A stretch of 48,747 nt of DNA, counting the filler, from Bipalium vagum (lineage: Eukaryota): NCBI GenBank assembly GCA_037834085.1. It is 2 parts of 2 records of this genome, joined end to end, with 100 filler letters (N's around TTAATTAATTAA, not from the genome) between each part and the next. Parts side by side here need not be neighbours in the genome. Positions count along the whole stretch, not along the records: positions 1 to 19,426 come from JBBMKC010003327.1; 1 more part is not named here. The stretch is one strand, 5' to 3'. Positions 1 through 14,100 of the stretch are shown piece after piece; position 1 is the stretch's first letter; each line of letters opens with the position of its first letter. The notes under the pieces are model-generated. The model was given only the letters and a program-made list of their open reading frames with translations, made no database searches and was not told where the DNA came from. Position numbers and translations under genes: made by a program.

Positions 1-1515
1 TTGGATACGCTTCTGGCCACTTAGTAAAGTAGTCACATAAAACAATTATAAATTTGTTTCCCAATATCGTTTCTGGCTACGGCCCCACGACGTCCATTGC
101 CACCATTTCCATTGGGGCTGCAGGAGTTGTAATTGGCTTTAGTAGTACTTTAGATCTTTTTCCTGTTCCTCTCCAGGTTTGACAAATCTTACACGACTGA
201 CACCAATTTCTAATGTCGTGTTCCATTTTTAGCCAAAAATATTTTTTCGTAATTCTCGACAATGTTTTCCTACCCGACAGGTGTCCTATCTATCTATCTT
301 TGCACGGTACCACGTAGCACTGATCTTCACCTCTGATAAAATATAATATTCCCTTCTTCATTTTAAATTTATTTTTTAACTTTTCCCAGTTCTTCATCCA
401 ATCTTCCGGAACATTTCCTTTCATACATCCCTTGATTAACTCAATTTCGTCATCAGCCTTCTGATTGTCTTCTCGTGAATCAATCTTACTTACTCTTCTG
501 ACCACTGCCAATACAGTTTCATCTTCGTCAGTGAACTGCGCATCTTCATGTGATAATTCCTCTTGCCTCATTCTCGATAATGTATCTGCATTGGCATTAG
601 CCCTTCCCTTCTGATACCGAATCTCGATGTCATACTCTTGTAATATTAATGCCCATCGGATAAATCTACTAGCGGTATCTTTATTCTTTAGTAACCATTG
701 TAATGGACTGTGATCAGTGAATAAAATAGTTTTCCGTCCCCACAAGTAGTGCCTGAACTTCTTCACGCAAACACTATCGCCAATGCTTTTTTTTCTATCG
801 TCGAATAATTCATCTCGTGCTTTTTCAGTCCTCTACTAGCGTACGCTATTACGTGGTCTTTTTCCTCCTCCGCCTGTTGGGCCAATACTTCTCCAACCGC
901 ATATCCACTAGCGTCCGTCATTAATAGAAAAGGGTTTGTCATATCTGGGTATCTCAACACTAGTTTTCGAATTAACTGCTCCTTTAATTGTTCGAAAGCC
1001 TTTTGTTGCTCTTCTCCCTATACGAATTTATCTACTTGTTTTTTGATTATATTTACTCGCTTTTCTCGTTTGACTTTTCTCTTTAGCGCTTTACTTTCTC
1101 CTTTTAGCAAATTATTCAACAGTGTCGCTATCTTGGCATAATTTTTGATAAATCTTCTGTAATATCCTGCCAGTCCCAAAAATTCTCTTACCTCCCTTGT
1201 ATTACTGGGAATAGCGAAATTTTCAACTTTCCTCACATTTTCGGGATCTGGTCTAATTCCTGAACCTGATACTATGTGGCCCACATATTCACATTTAGTA
1301 GGTTTTACCTTCAGACCTGCCACTTTCAATCTTTGCAACACCGCTGCTATGTCCTTAATGTGTTCATCACCATTGATAGAAAATATTATGATATCATCCA
1401 AATAGACCATGACATGTTCCACATCAATTAATATCAGATTCATCAATCTCTGAAACGTTGCTGGAACTCCTGTTAACCCAAACGGCATTTTGTTGTAGTG
1501 ATACATTCCAAGACC
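1..1515 (-). mobile_element. Ty3/Gypsy LTR-retrotransposon pol remnant (RT, RNase H, integrase Zn-finger and start of the integrase core), broken by stops and frameshifts
   Basis: ORFs give RT motifs MPFGL..P.TFQR, VYLDDII and FLGLAGYYRRFI; RNase H motifs LMTDASGYAVG, NYSTIEK and FTDHSPL; integrase YFW..M..DI..W..SC..CQ and PMEMVAMDVVGP. The order RT-RH-INT is Gypsy-type. The RT N-terminus is missing beyond about 1515. Confidence 0.95.
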
Positions 1516-1996
1516 ACGTACTACTTTTCCTTTCATAATTAATTTTACAATTACTCTTTCAAGTTTTTCTCTTAGAGTTGGATTTTGAATATTATTCATT
1601 TCATTTCATAATTTTTTTAAACGTTAATCTATATGCGAGTCTGGTCCTGAAAAATTGTGCTCTAGATTTTGTATTTAAATGTTTTTATTTATTATATTTT
1701 GAAATATTTTTGTCACAAAATTCACTATATCCTTTTCAGTAATTTTTGAAAAAGAAAAAAAGATTTTCGTTTTTCATTTTTTAGGAAAAAATTGAATTTT
1801 TAGTTTTAAAAAAAAGTAATGAGAAAGAGAGTTGTGTGTAAAACCAGTCTTTGAGGAGAGGATTTCCAACTTTTTTGTGTCACAATTTACTTTTTTACAA
1901 GTTAATTGTACAATTTTGTTTCTAAATGCAATTTATATTTTTAAAAAAACTATATGAAATAAATAAAATGTTGTGTTTCTTACTTAATTTTCGCAG

Positions 1997-2127
1997 ATTT
2001 TATGTGTTTATATAAAAACCTACATGATTCAGATAATAGAAATCTATTTGATTTTGAAAAGTTTTCGAATAGTTTTTCCATAACTGAAGACACTGAAAAG
2101 AAATTATATTCGATAGTTAATAACAAC
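1997..2127 (+). other. Candidate orphan coding exon (DFMCLYKNLHDSDNRNLFDFEKFSNSFSITEDTEKKLYSIVNNN)
   Basis: Open frame bounded by ttttcgcag acceptor and gtatta donor. No recognisable family and no convincing partner exons. Confidence 0.3.
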
Positions 2128-2536
2128 GTATTAATGAATTTTTATTATCTCTTAATTTATGTATTTTTATCATTTAATGTTTTTTAAAAAAATTACTAAA
2201 TGATTTAATTCAAATTAGTAGAAAATAAAATTTTTTAAAAGTTAACTTTTTATAAATTTGTCATTTGACAACACTATTTTTAAATTTAAAAAGTCAGGTT
2301 TTCATCTTTAGTATTTCAAATTAACATTTATAAATGAATTAATGTTTAAGTATGTCCTTTGAGAAATTTTATAATTATTGATTTTAATTTAGAAATATAA
2401 AAATATTTGACATTAATTAAGAAAATCTTTAGGAATATTTATACATATATTACTGAAAATTTATTTTTTTTTAAATATAAAATTTGTTTAAATAAGGATA
2501 AAAGAATTGCATTTAAAAATAATTAGAATTATATAG

Positions 2537-2824
2537 GTCTGTGGTCCACTGAGTATATATTTTTATATGACTCAACTAAGACACAGAAAGATTATTAGAT
2601 TATTATATTTTTATTAATATTGTAAAATAATCTAACATTTGTAATTGGGACGATTTCACCACAAATATTCAATATATTTTCAATATTGATTTCATTATTT
2701 AACAATGTAAAAATTGAAATTCTAAAAATTCCTATGCTGTTTTCAAATATTTTATTTTCTGAATCTCTATTACTGTCTGTGGTCCACTGAGTATATATTC
2801 TTGTATGACTCAACTAAGACACAG
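2537..2824 (+). repeat. 50-bp direct repeat (2537-2586 and 2775-2824), 2 mismatches
   Basis: gtctgtggtccactgagtatatatt(t/c)tt(a/g)tatgactcaactaagacacag occurs twice. Confidence 0.9.
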
Positions 2825-5800
2825 GTATATTAATAGTTTATTTTCAATTTTTTATGAAAGCATTCTTACATAAAATGTTAACCCTATTACTTTAATAAAT
2901 TTAATTTAGCGAATAATTGGTAATTTTTTTAAATCATTAAATTTAAGTGGATGCATTTATTAAAAATGGGTAACACCTACAATTAGTTTTATAAAATAGT
3001 TTAAAACGTAAAAGCTCAACTGCTACATGGTTTGTCAATTTTCTATCTTTTTCAATCTATCTTTTTTAAAATTATCATTACTTACAAAAAAAAATACTGC
3101 ATGTTATACAGTTTTATAATATTTAAAATTTTTGAAATAAAGTATATATTTAATTTTAATCAATATAAAAGAAGTAAGTAAGTAAGAATATTTTTGAAAA
3201 TGTATTTGTTTTACAAAAATGAGTAAGTGCAGTGTAATGATAAGGACATAATTTTGTAAGAGGATTATGTTTTTGGTAGCTTAATCTTGTTTATTCAAAG
3301 ATTTTATTATTCAAAGTTTGATGATGTCAACTGAGTTTTTTCTTAACGCTTTTATATATTTTTATTTTAAAATATTTTTATTATACACTAATTTTACTGA
3401 AATATAATTTTTTTACTTTATAAAATTTATAACAAAAATAATGATAACAACGGTGGTAAAAACAATAATAATTATTATTTTTTTATCACACTTTATAAAA
3501 CTAAAGTGAAATGAAATTCAATAAATAAAATCAAAATCACCAAATTATAATTGTACAGTAGTGGCCATTAAATTAAGGCCACATAAAAAAATTTTTTTTA
3601 CTTATAATTGACAACTAAACCAAAATATTATACATAAATATTTATTATGCTTAAGTGATATTGATTATATATCGAAATTGTTCTGAAGATAGATTTATTG
3701 AGTTTTCCAAAGATACATAGCGTGAGGATTAATAATAATAATAATATTAATTAAAAAAAATAAAATTTTAGATTTGTAAAAAATTTCAAAAAACATTATA
3801 TCAAAATCTCATCATCTATACTATTATATAAAGAGACAGCTATTCCCAGAAATTTGCCCAGAAAAATTATTAAAGTATTCGTCCGAAGTGGAAGACGTTA
3901 TTAAATATTTTTGTCAAGAGGATGATTATTGTCAAGAAGACGTTATCGATATTTCTACCAAGAAGATTTTAACCACGAAGAGGATTATTTGACAGATTCA
4001 GATTTCAGTAATAATTTTTAGTTCATCAAATATGCAAGAGGATTTAACAAAAAGACCTACGGAGTTTGGGAATCCCTAGGTGACCTGAAAGGGTGAGAAT
4101 ATTTTCGATTCTTTTTGTGATTTTTCTTTACAGAACGATTAATTAATATTTCATTGGTGTTGAATTTTGCTTTTCATTATATATTTTTTGACGATTTTAT
4201 TGTGTTGATTAGTGCAGACATTGGATTGATTTTGTTATAGTGTTTGTTTTTCAGATATTTGATTCTTTGGTGTATCGATTGGGATTTCGTAGTGATTTGT
4301 AATAATGATTGAAATTTTTAAAAAAGAATTATTTTGATTGCTTTGATTCAATTAGGGTGCGTATAAAGTTTTATTTGTGGGAGTTTTGATTCACATAAGA
4401 TGCAAATTTGTGCTGCTGCAATAGTAATATGAACGCAACATTATTAAGTGAAGAGTTATTGATTTACGAGTGAAAGTTACTTTGATAGAGTATAATAGCA
4501 ACAGGTTGAAGTGATTGATAACAAGACTGGTTATTTTATTTTCGCTTTTTTACTGATTCCCACACAAATAAAGTTTTTTTCTTTGGAATAAATAACGTTT
4601 TCTCCTTTTCAGTTTTAGAGCAACAGAAAAGGAAGAAACTTAATTTGTACCGAGAATTGCCCTTCAATTATCATGAAAATTCTTAAATTTTTTTTATAAT
4701 TCTTTAAATTTCTTTAAATTAATATTAGCAGCCCTTATTATATTTGAAAAACTATATTCCTTAAAATAAATTATCTTAAAACATATTTACTTATTTTTGA
4801 GATATTCTTAAATTGATGTTTAATTTTATTATTCTAATATTAGTTATTTTTATTAAAATTTTTATTATTAGATTGACAAGTCTAAGCATGTTTGTTCAAC
4901 TTTTCCCGACATCCTATAACCTACTGATTTAATTTTTTTATTATTTGAAAAAAATTAATATTAAATATATTAATTTGTGTTTAAATTATATGTTTTAAAG
5001 TGCGACAATTTCTTCGTATACAAGCTTTATAAAAAATTCATTAGGAGAAAAACAAACAAGAAAATAAATTTTAGTATTTGTTAATTTAATTTTTCAAATA
5101 CCCATCATAAACTTATCAAGGGGTTCTGATCATTAATAAATAACTCAAATTACAGCTCTCAATTTGCAAAGATTTATCAGGATACGCGTTTTAATAATTA
5201 AAATAAAATAAGGGGTTCTTACTTTATGCGTTTGAGAATCATTTAACCTGGTCCAAACACAGAATCTTCATACTATTAAGTTGAGATTCGTAGCTTTCTT
5301 GATGACTTAACCAGACTATCATTTGTCATTTATCTATCTATCCTTTAATTAAAGATTAAAATAAAATAATAGTGAGTTTGGAAGAAACTCTAAGTTAATG
5401 AAAACATCATCAAATTATATACACCGACTGCAAATTATTCGTTTTATTGTTAATATAATAAATAACTTATTAAACCGCAAGCTAATTTCTTAGTCGATTT
5501 AAATATTAACCGGAGTCTTTGTTTTGAGTCAGTGAAAGGTTACTTGAGCCATTCTAACTGATATTCATTTGAGCAATAAAAATATATTTCATCTAAAATC
5601 ATGTAATTTCAACTTTATTAATTTATTTAATATTTTAATAATATTTCTCTGTATTTATTAAACCATAAATTTTTATCATCAACTATTCCAAAAAGGAAAT
5701 CAAGTGCACTCTTAAAGTCATGTGCAATATCAAACATTGAATAATTGGCAAAGATTTTGAAATTCCATGCAATTTGGTTAATTTTATATATGTTGATTGA

Positions 5801-6999
5801 AGAAAATCAATTTTTCCGCTGAATGAAATTTATCGTATACACATGCTTAATTGATTATATCTATGACACTTGTGCTTGATTATTTAATTTATGAGCCTAG
5901 TGTTTTTATAAATAAAATGTTGTCTACTGTTTGGTTGAAGTTTTGTTTAGAAACAAATTTAAATAATTATAATTGTTTTCCTCTAAGAAATATATATAAT
6001 AATTAATTAAGAGTATAATTATAAGTGGTGTAGAAAATCAAAAAGGCAAGCAATGAAGGCATGATAATAAAACAATACATGTAAAGATATTTTCATATAA
6101 CAATCTTGATAAATCCACTAGTAAAATGCGAAAAATTGGTTTCAATCAGCAATGATACAAAATAATAACAAACTTAAAAAATAATCAACAGTATCCCATT
6201 TTTATTATACAATAATATAAAATTAAATAAACATTTAACAACTGAATCACATTAGGATTGGTGAAGAAAATGCAAATGTTGAAAATCTTAAAATCATTCA
6301 AAACCGCAAAGTCCATATAACACGACATAAGAAGCAAAATGTTCTAAAATGGTTTTTGTTTTTAATAATAGTAACGTATATAATGCCTTTATAGTTGTAC
6401 TCGAAATTAAATAAAATAATCTCTAACTGCAAAATTATCAAATGAAATGCTAGCGGACTTTACCACAAATCCAAATGATTAAAATAATAATCAAAGTTAA
6501 TAATGAAGAATTATCAATTAAAATTAAAAAATAATTTTACTCAAATGCCATACAATCAATTGTTTTTTGGAATACTCATCAAATAAATGAAGATTAACGG
6601 TCTTGTGTGGAATTATCGATATCTGCGAAACGAAATAAAGAAAGATTTTTAAAAGAATAAATAAAAAAACAAGTTCTGATTTTATACGTATTGTAATAAA
6701 ATAAAAATAAAATATTTCAATTAAAAGTGATTGCACATTTTACAAAAATTACCTAAACGAATTAGAAAGCTCTAAAGACATTGAAACAAATATTAGTGCT
6801 ACAGCCATATATTAAACATTTAGGGGATGCATAAAAACTACGTAGCCAAATTTTCTTAATTTTTGACTGGTCATCAAAGATTTGCCTGACATTGTTTTGA
6901 GATAAAATCATCACAAATCATTTATTATAATAATAATAATAATTATTATTATTATTATTATTATCCGAATGTTCTTATTATATCAAATATCAATCACCA

Positions 7000-7779
7000 A
7001 TCAAAGTTATGAGACAGTTGAAAAAGAAAGGATTTTCCGATATACAATCTGGGACCACTATAAAAACAATTTATGGAGACGGGTTCTGTAAGCAATAAGT
7101 CCCGATCGTCCTTCCCTAAAAAATGAGATGATATGTGCCATTAAAGAGGAAGTGGACTCGCACCCATCACAATCTATCAGTGGCTATCCTTAATCAAATC
7201 CTATGTTCTCCTCAAGTGAATGCACAGTCTTCTGGGGTCAAGTTTTTGATGAAAATGTTAATGGATCCAATTATCTGCCCATGTTTAGCAGCAATGTGGT
7301 GCCATTTCTTAAAAGCAAACGTCGTTTCTGTAAAACTTATTTTCAGTAGGATGAAGCATCAGCCAATTACGTCAAAGCAGTCCGAAATTTTTAAAATAAG
7401 GAATGCCACTCTCACCGGATTGGTCTTATGTGACCTATTTCATGGCCGCCGCGTTCACCAGATTTAAGCCTCTTGACTTTTTCTTATGGGGACATCTCAA
7501 AACTAAGGTTTTTAGTAAGAAACCAAAAGATTTGGAACATATGAAAGCAATTATATCAGAAGAATGTTCTCAAATCTCTCCAGATATGTGTAAAAATGTC
7601 ATGCTGACTTTCGTTAAGCGTTTATTAAAATGTGTCGACATAAATGAACGTCAAAATAGATGTAAAAATAAAATTTTTAACATTTTGGTACTATTTGATA
7701 GTCATTTGAACTTTCTGTTGCTATTTTTCTGAGAATGCGGTGACATTTAAATATCAAGGGACTTTTTTTAAACCATGTA
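7000..7779 (+). mobile_element. Degenerate Tc1/mariner-superfamily transposase, rosa/DD41D-like C-terminus
   Basis: FKPLDFFLWGHLKTKVF..KPKDLEHMKAIISEEC..I...MC..V...F..RL..C. A frameshifted WP..SPD(L) motif lies upstream and a TIR-like end closes with TA near 7779. Confidence 0.8.
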
Positions 7780-7859
7780 TAAGCAATTTTTTTAGGACAT
7801 TTTATATTTTATCAGTGGCTTTTTTTCCTTTATTCTTATTCCAATACCATTAACTTTAA

Positions 7860-8156
7860 NNNNNNNNNNNNNNNNNNNNNNNNNNNNNNNNNNNNNNNNN
7901 NNNNNNNNNNNNNNNNNNNNNNNNNNNNNNNNNNNNNNNNNNNNNNNNNNNNNNNNNNNNNNNNNNNNNNNNNNNNNNNNNNNNNNNNNNNNNNNNNNNN
8001 NNNNNNNNNNNNNNNNNNNNNNNNNNNNNNNNNNNNNNNNNNNNNNNNNNNNNNNNNNNNNNNNNNNNNNNNNNNNNNNNNNNNNNNNNNNNNNNNNNNN
8101 NNNNNNNNNNNNNNNNNNNNNNNNNNNNNNNNNNNNNNNNNNNNNNNNNNNNNNNN
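7860..8156. other. Assembly gap (297 N)
   Basis: Run of N. Confidence 1.
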
Positions 8157-8165
8157 TAAATCCCA

Positions 8166-11100
8166 TTATTTTTTATTAGAATTAAAATGCTCCATTAATT
8201 GTTGATGGACGATATTTAATATTTTCCAAATTTCATAATTCTCTGTCTGAAATAAAAACGGAAAATGTTAAAAAGATAATAAAGTTAAAAATTATTATTA
8301 TGTACGAATACAAATTATTATGTACAAAATGTATGTAATTCTTGTAAAAAAATAAAAAAATAATGATATTTAAAAGGAAAACAAATATAATTTGAAAACG
8401 ATCTTTCAAAAAACGCTGCTGTTTTTACATAACAGTTCTAAACCATTTAAAACTTGGTTTTGAAGAATCATTATTCCTTTGAAAGTAGAAACTAATTAAC
8501 CATCGGTGGCCTCAAACTGGTATTCGAAAATATAACGTTCAAAAAGAACAAAAAGTTGAATTCTTCTGAAAAATATGAAAACGTAAGAGGTTTAATTCTA
8601 AGCCCGAGAAATCAGAACAATTTTGATCAAAGTTGTTTAAGGTAAGAAACGAGAGTCATTTAGTCAGACGAACAAGTTAAAATAGGTTCACTTTGACAAT
8701 GGAGATTTTGTGTTTTAAAAAAATACAGATTTTTTCTAATAGATTCTTCGGGACTTTAACTGATTTTATTGTAAATAATAAAGTAAAATAAAACTATTAA
8801 TTTAATCTGGAATAATTTATTTGATAACTCTAACCAATCATAAGTTTCATAATCAAGAATTTAATTGATATTTATTTTAGGTTCATAGACCTTTACAAAT
8901 TCTGATTAAAAATTTTTAAAGAATAGTTATTAGGATTTTTTGTTAGTATTTAGATATTTTTTAATCTATTATTACAGGTCGTCGAGATAAATCCGGAAAA
9001 TTTATAATCTTAATTTTAAGACTCAAATAGTAACCTTATTACAAAAAAGTAGCACATAACTGAATAAAAGTATTTAAATTTTAGGATTATTCGGTAAAAT
9101 TAGCGGTCACAACCGCCTCGAGTTGGAATCAGAATGTGCTGCATCCTTGACATCTTCTACGTTAAATTTAGTCGTTAACTCAACGATGAAATCCATTAAG
9201 GACTTGATTGTTTCATGAGGTTTTGAGTTTGTTTGTGACTCAACTACTTCCAAGAGATAATAATCGAAATGATTACAGTGAGGGCTCAAGGATGGTCATA
9301 AATCAAGGACCAATAGTATGCCAGATTTTGACAAAGACATGCTTGTTTTTCTATCATTAAGAGAAAGAGCAGAGTCTTATTGGACGACATATTTTCTCAC
9401 ACAAACTATGTTATCTACCGGCTATTTAACAATCATATCTAGAACGCATGTATAAGTGTTAGCATCCACTTTGATTAATGTTGGAAAAAATGAGATGGCA
9501 ATACCTGGCCTCTTTCGGTTCCTTAGCTGTTAGATAGTCTTTTTTGAGATTTTCTTTTGGTATTCAATATATCCGTGTGCTTGCTTCGAATACCTTTTCA
9601 CCAACTCATAAACTTGTGTCTTGTAATCAAACAATTCAAATATTTCTTTAGGGTTTTTTCCGGAGTGATTTCAACACTGCTGTTCTTTGATTATATCCAT
9701 GATTAATATTAAATTCCAATTTGATTATTCAATTTTATTGATAAATTAGTTTACTTAAACAAAAATAAATCTATCTTCTTTTAATCTTCTTTTAATATAA
9801 CTGAAAATGTTCCGGATTTAACTTGACAACCCTTTATATTATTTTTGATATCATATTAACCTAGTGTCCTAATTTTAGATCCATTTTTATAAAGGGATCT
9901 AAAGAACCCTTTATAAAAATATCAATTATCAAAATTTAAATTAAAATAAGATGTGTAAATAAATAAAATATTACCATTATTACATATTGGGGATTTTCAT
10001 TTATTTTACTGTTCATTTGTGGATTGTCATTAATAGACTCACACTGCAACGTTTTGCCTGCATTTCGAAGAGAATTAAAAAATAAATTATTATAACAACA
10101 AAATAACTATTCATATATAAATAATTAACTCAAATATAAATAATTATTTGACCAGAAATATTTTTATTAACTACACAACTTATTATATCTCAATTATCTT
10201 CCCAAACAGTGACTACAAAAATTATTATTTTGTAAATAATCAAATAACACATTTCTTCAAAGCTCATTGTCAAATAAAGAAATCACAAGGAACTAATTAA
10301 ATCTATAAATTTCTTTAATGATTATTATGAGAAATAAGCCAAAAATAATATTAGTTCTTTAAAAATACCAAAGAAGTTAATTTAATATTATATGAAAATT
10401 CAATACAAAGTCATTCATATTTTGTTGGTAATCCTTCACTGTGCATTATCATATGATTAGAATGATTTTGACTTCACTGTCACAGTAATTCATCTCAATT
10501 TGCTACTTTCTTATCTACAAATCTATGAAAAAATACAAGTTGTCTTTCTAGTTAGGTCTGCACTCCGACAAAGTCGTTGTCAAAGTACCTTGTCGAATGT
10601 TTATCAATATTTTTTGATTGAAATTATGCTGAGATATTCAATTATCAGAAAGACCACGGACATTTTTTGAATCAGTTTAATTTTATTAATATTAATAAAT
10701 CTTATAAAAGTAAAATTTATTTTTCTACATTAAAAAACAGAAATATATTTCAGAAAAATCACTAATCAATATAATTTAAAAAATGATGATTTCTTATTAG
10801 ATACGGTTCCTATTAATCTGTCAGCAAAATTAAATTTCTGGATGTTGGAATGCGAATAAATAAAGATCTATTTCTTAAAGTGGATTATCAGAGGGTATAA
10901 ATAATTTGGTCCAAAGGTCTTGGTCAAGCCAGATGAAACTCCATTAACAGCATAAGAATTCACCTACAAAAAGTATTATTGTTCGCTTTGTATTATTGGG
11001 ATTATATTACTGGGATTTGTAGTGTTATCAGATTATGAATTTTAAAAAATATCTCTCTCAGTTAGTAGATCTTAAGACCACCATCGATTTTAAGTGATCG

Positions 11101-14100
11101 GGTGGATAGAGCGGAGAGGTTTTGTCTTGCATCATTCAAACGAGAGATTTTCAATTGCCTAATCAATTACCTTATCTCAATTACATAAAAGATAATTAAA
11201 AAGAACGGATCGTATTTTGTTTAATAAGTATTTAAGGTTTTCGTACTCTTCATTTAAAATATGATTGTAAAAATCCACAAGACTTTCTGGATGATCATAA
11301 GGATATACATAATGCATAATACATTATATATATATTGTACATTATCAATTAAGAAGTTACGACTGAAGAAAAGATCAATTGTATTCATGATATAGTAATA
11401 GATAAAAAGCGATTGACCTTGTGTGAAATTTCTCTTGCTATGGACAGGCCATCTGGCAATGTTTTTCATCTTGAAAAAGGAATAGAAAGAAATAGGAATC
11501 TTGAGAAAGAGATAGGTAAGATGGGTGTTCCACTTCTTAATTGAAAAATAAAAAATTCACTGAAATAAAACTTTCTTAGTGATGTCTAGACTATTTGTTC
11601 ACAACTGAATATTGTTATTCTTCAAGGCTGTCACCTTGTTCAAAGCAGATGGAACCCTTACCGGTCCGTACTAATTTTCAAGAAATGTTTGTCTTCTATT
11701 TCACAAATTTCGGTAGTCGTAGCTGTTACTAAAAATCATTTTTTCCAATAATGAAGTAATATGATCCGATCAGTCAATTTTTTGTCTTTCATTTTACAGG
11801 GTTAAATATCGCATCAAAAATAAAACAATAAATTAGCAACTCAAAAAAGATTTATCTTTTCAAGAGTTTCAAAATGATATCAAATATTGCACCGAAAAGT
11901 TTTGAAATAATTAAGCACTGAAACAACTTTAATGTATCACAAAAACTGTAACTTTTGACTAAATCTAAAACAAAACAGATCAATAGTTTTCTTTAAGGAT
12001 AATAATAATTCTCCAAATTCATTTTTTAGATGAAAAATAAAATTTCTATCTTAAATCAGTGTCCCTCAGAACTATTAAAGTCCAAATGAATTTGAAAATT
12101 TGATTATATTGAATAATATTTTTTTTGATGAAATTAGAATATAATTAACGAGCACGAAGTTCAAATAAAGTGATTCTCCATTCAGTAGATTTTTTGTATA
12201 ATACAAAATGTATAATATGTACAACAATGTTATCAAAAAGAGTAAATAAAAACTTTTACTTACCATTATCGATTTTTAGTTTTTCTCTTTTCAATGGAAC
12301 TTTACATTTTGAAGATTTTGAATTGAACTTTTCTAAATGCCTTTTCAAATCCCTGTTTGGAGAAGTGCAACTCACTAACTGAAACTTCGTGGAAGCCAAA
12401 ATGCTGAATGAAATATTTATTTATTTTGATTATTAACCATTTAATTAATTCATTATTAACAGACCAATAAGAGATATTATTAATAATATATTATAATATT
12501 ATAATTATTATTATAATATAATATTATGATATTATTAGAATTATGATATTATAATAATAAAATGAAGTAAAATATCAAATTTAATTAAATTAAAAACGTT
12601 TCATGACATTGTCTTTTTCTAGAGCTCAACCTAAGGTTCGCTTGCTGATTTACATATTCATATTCTGAGACTCAACGTTTTAACTTCAGTCATTTACGAA
12701 AGGTATTTGTACCATGTATGGTTAAAATTAATAGGCTAAAATATATCATAAATTAATAATAATAATAAAAATAAACATAAAATTTGAAAAAAGAAAAATA
12801 AAACAATTTTCAATTACTTTTAAGTTTAAGTAATATCAACTTGTTAATTTTGTACAAAATGTTATCGGGTCCATGGACAATACTCAAATCTCAAAACATG
12901 TAATTAATAACATATCTTAGCTTATAACCGGTTAAAAAAGTATATATATATATTTGTTTCATAAGTAACTGACATTTTTTAAATGAATGATTTATTATTA
13001 AATTTTTAATTCTTGGAATCAATAATTTGTTTATATATTCATCATATCATAAAATATCAGCATGAAAAATTACACAATAAAAGAACGTGTGACAATTGTG
13101 AATTTTATTTTATTGTGAATTTTAAAAAATAAAATAGTCAGTTACTTATGAAACACCCTGTATATATATAAATATAAAATTTTTATCAGTTTCTTGACTT
13201 GAATTCAACACCTGTGCTGATTTTAAGAAACGACATAGTTTAAAATTTTTCTAAACTTTCATGACTCTCACTGATAAAATAATGTTTTAATCCAACTGTT
13301 CATGTATGGGTTGCTTAGTAAAATATCCTTGCATCTTCAGAATTTCCAATTCTAAATATCAACTTTTGAGTCCATAAAAGTCATATTATAAACTCAGTAT
13401 TAGACCAGACTGAATTTATAAAGTAATCATTCCATAATAAATACTAAGATTATCAATTGTTTCTTTATCATTTGTATTTTTTTGTTTTAATTCTCATATA
13501 AGAAATAAAAACTTATATACCTTGAACCACTGCAAACGGATATTCTGAGAAGTACAATTTTTTTTGATGCAGTGGAACACTTGAAGTTCAAAAAGGGGAA
13601 TACCACAGAGAAAATAAAAGGGTTGGATTTGAATGGTATCAACATGGAAATAAACGAATCTTCAGATTTGATATAAAAAACCGAATTCATTTTATCTTCA
13701 ACCGCTTGAATGAAACACAAATTCGAAGAGGAATTACATGGATTGCCGCTGCTATCTCTGTATAATTAATTATATAAATAATAATTAAATATTAAAGATT
13801 ACATTCATCACAAAAATTGATTTTATCCAAGTAAGAATTTCCAATCTTAATATTCAATTATTTTGTGACTATTAGCAACAGTCTCTCAACAGTCACTACT
13901 CAAAATATACCAATTGAGTGACCAACATCAATAAAAATGTGCTACTGCAACTTTAATATAGTGAGAAAGACTATAAAAGGTATCTATAAAGCTACCAAAG
14001 TGTTTAGAACAAAAATATCTTCAATCAATTCACTTTCCATTGGTATGAAAATATTAATATAAAAATATCGTTAAGTGGCAAGGGGTTATTAAATTCGATT

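Noticed and set aside
1516-1599. N-terminal extension of the RT ORF as a host-TE fusion gene
   Set aside because: Most likely chance read-through from flanking DNA into a truncated, stop-containing pol.
7792-8166. 124-aa ORF
   Set aside because: Artefact of translating through Ns.
10810-10900. Penelope-like RT motif (KFLDVGMRI...VDYQR)
   Set aside because: Too short, with no other RT motifs nearby.
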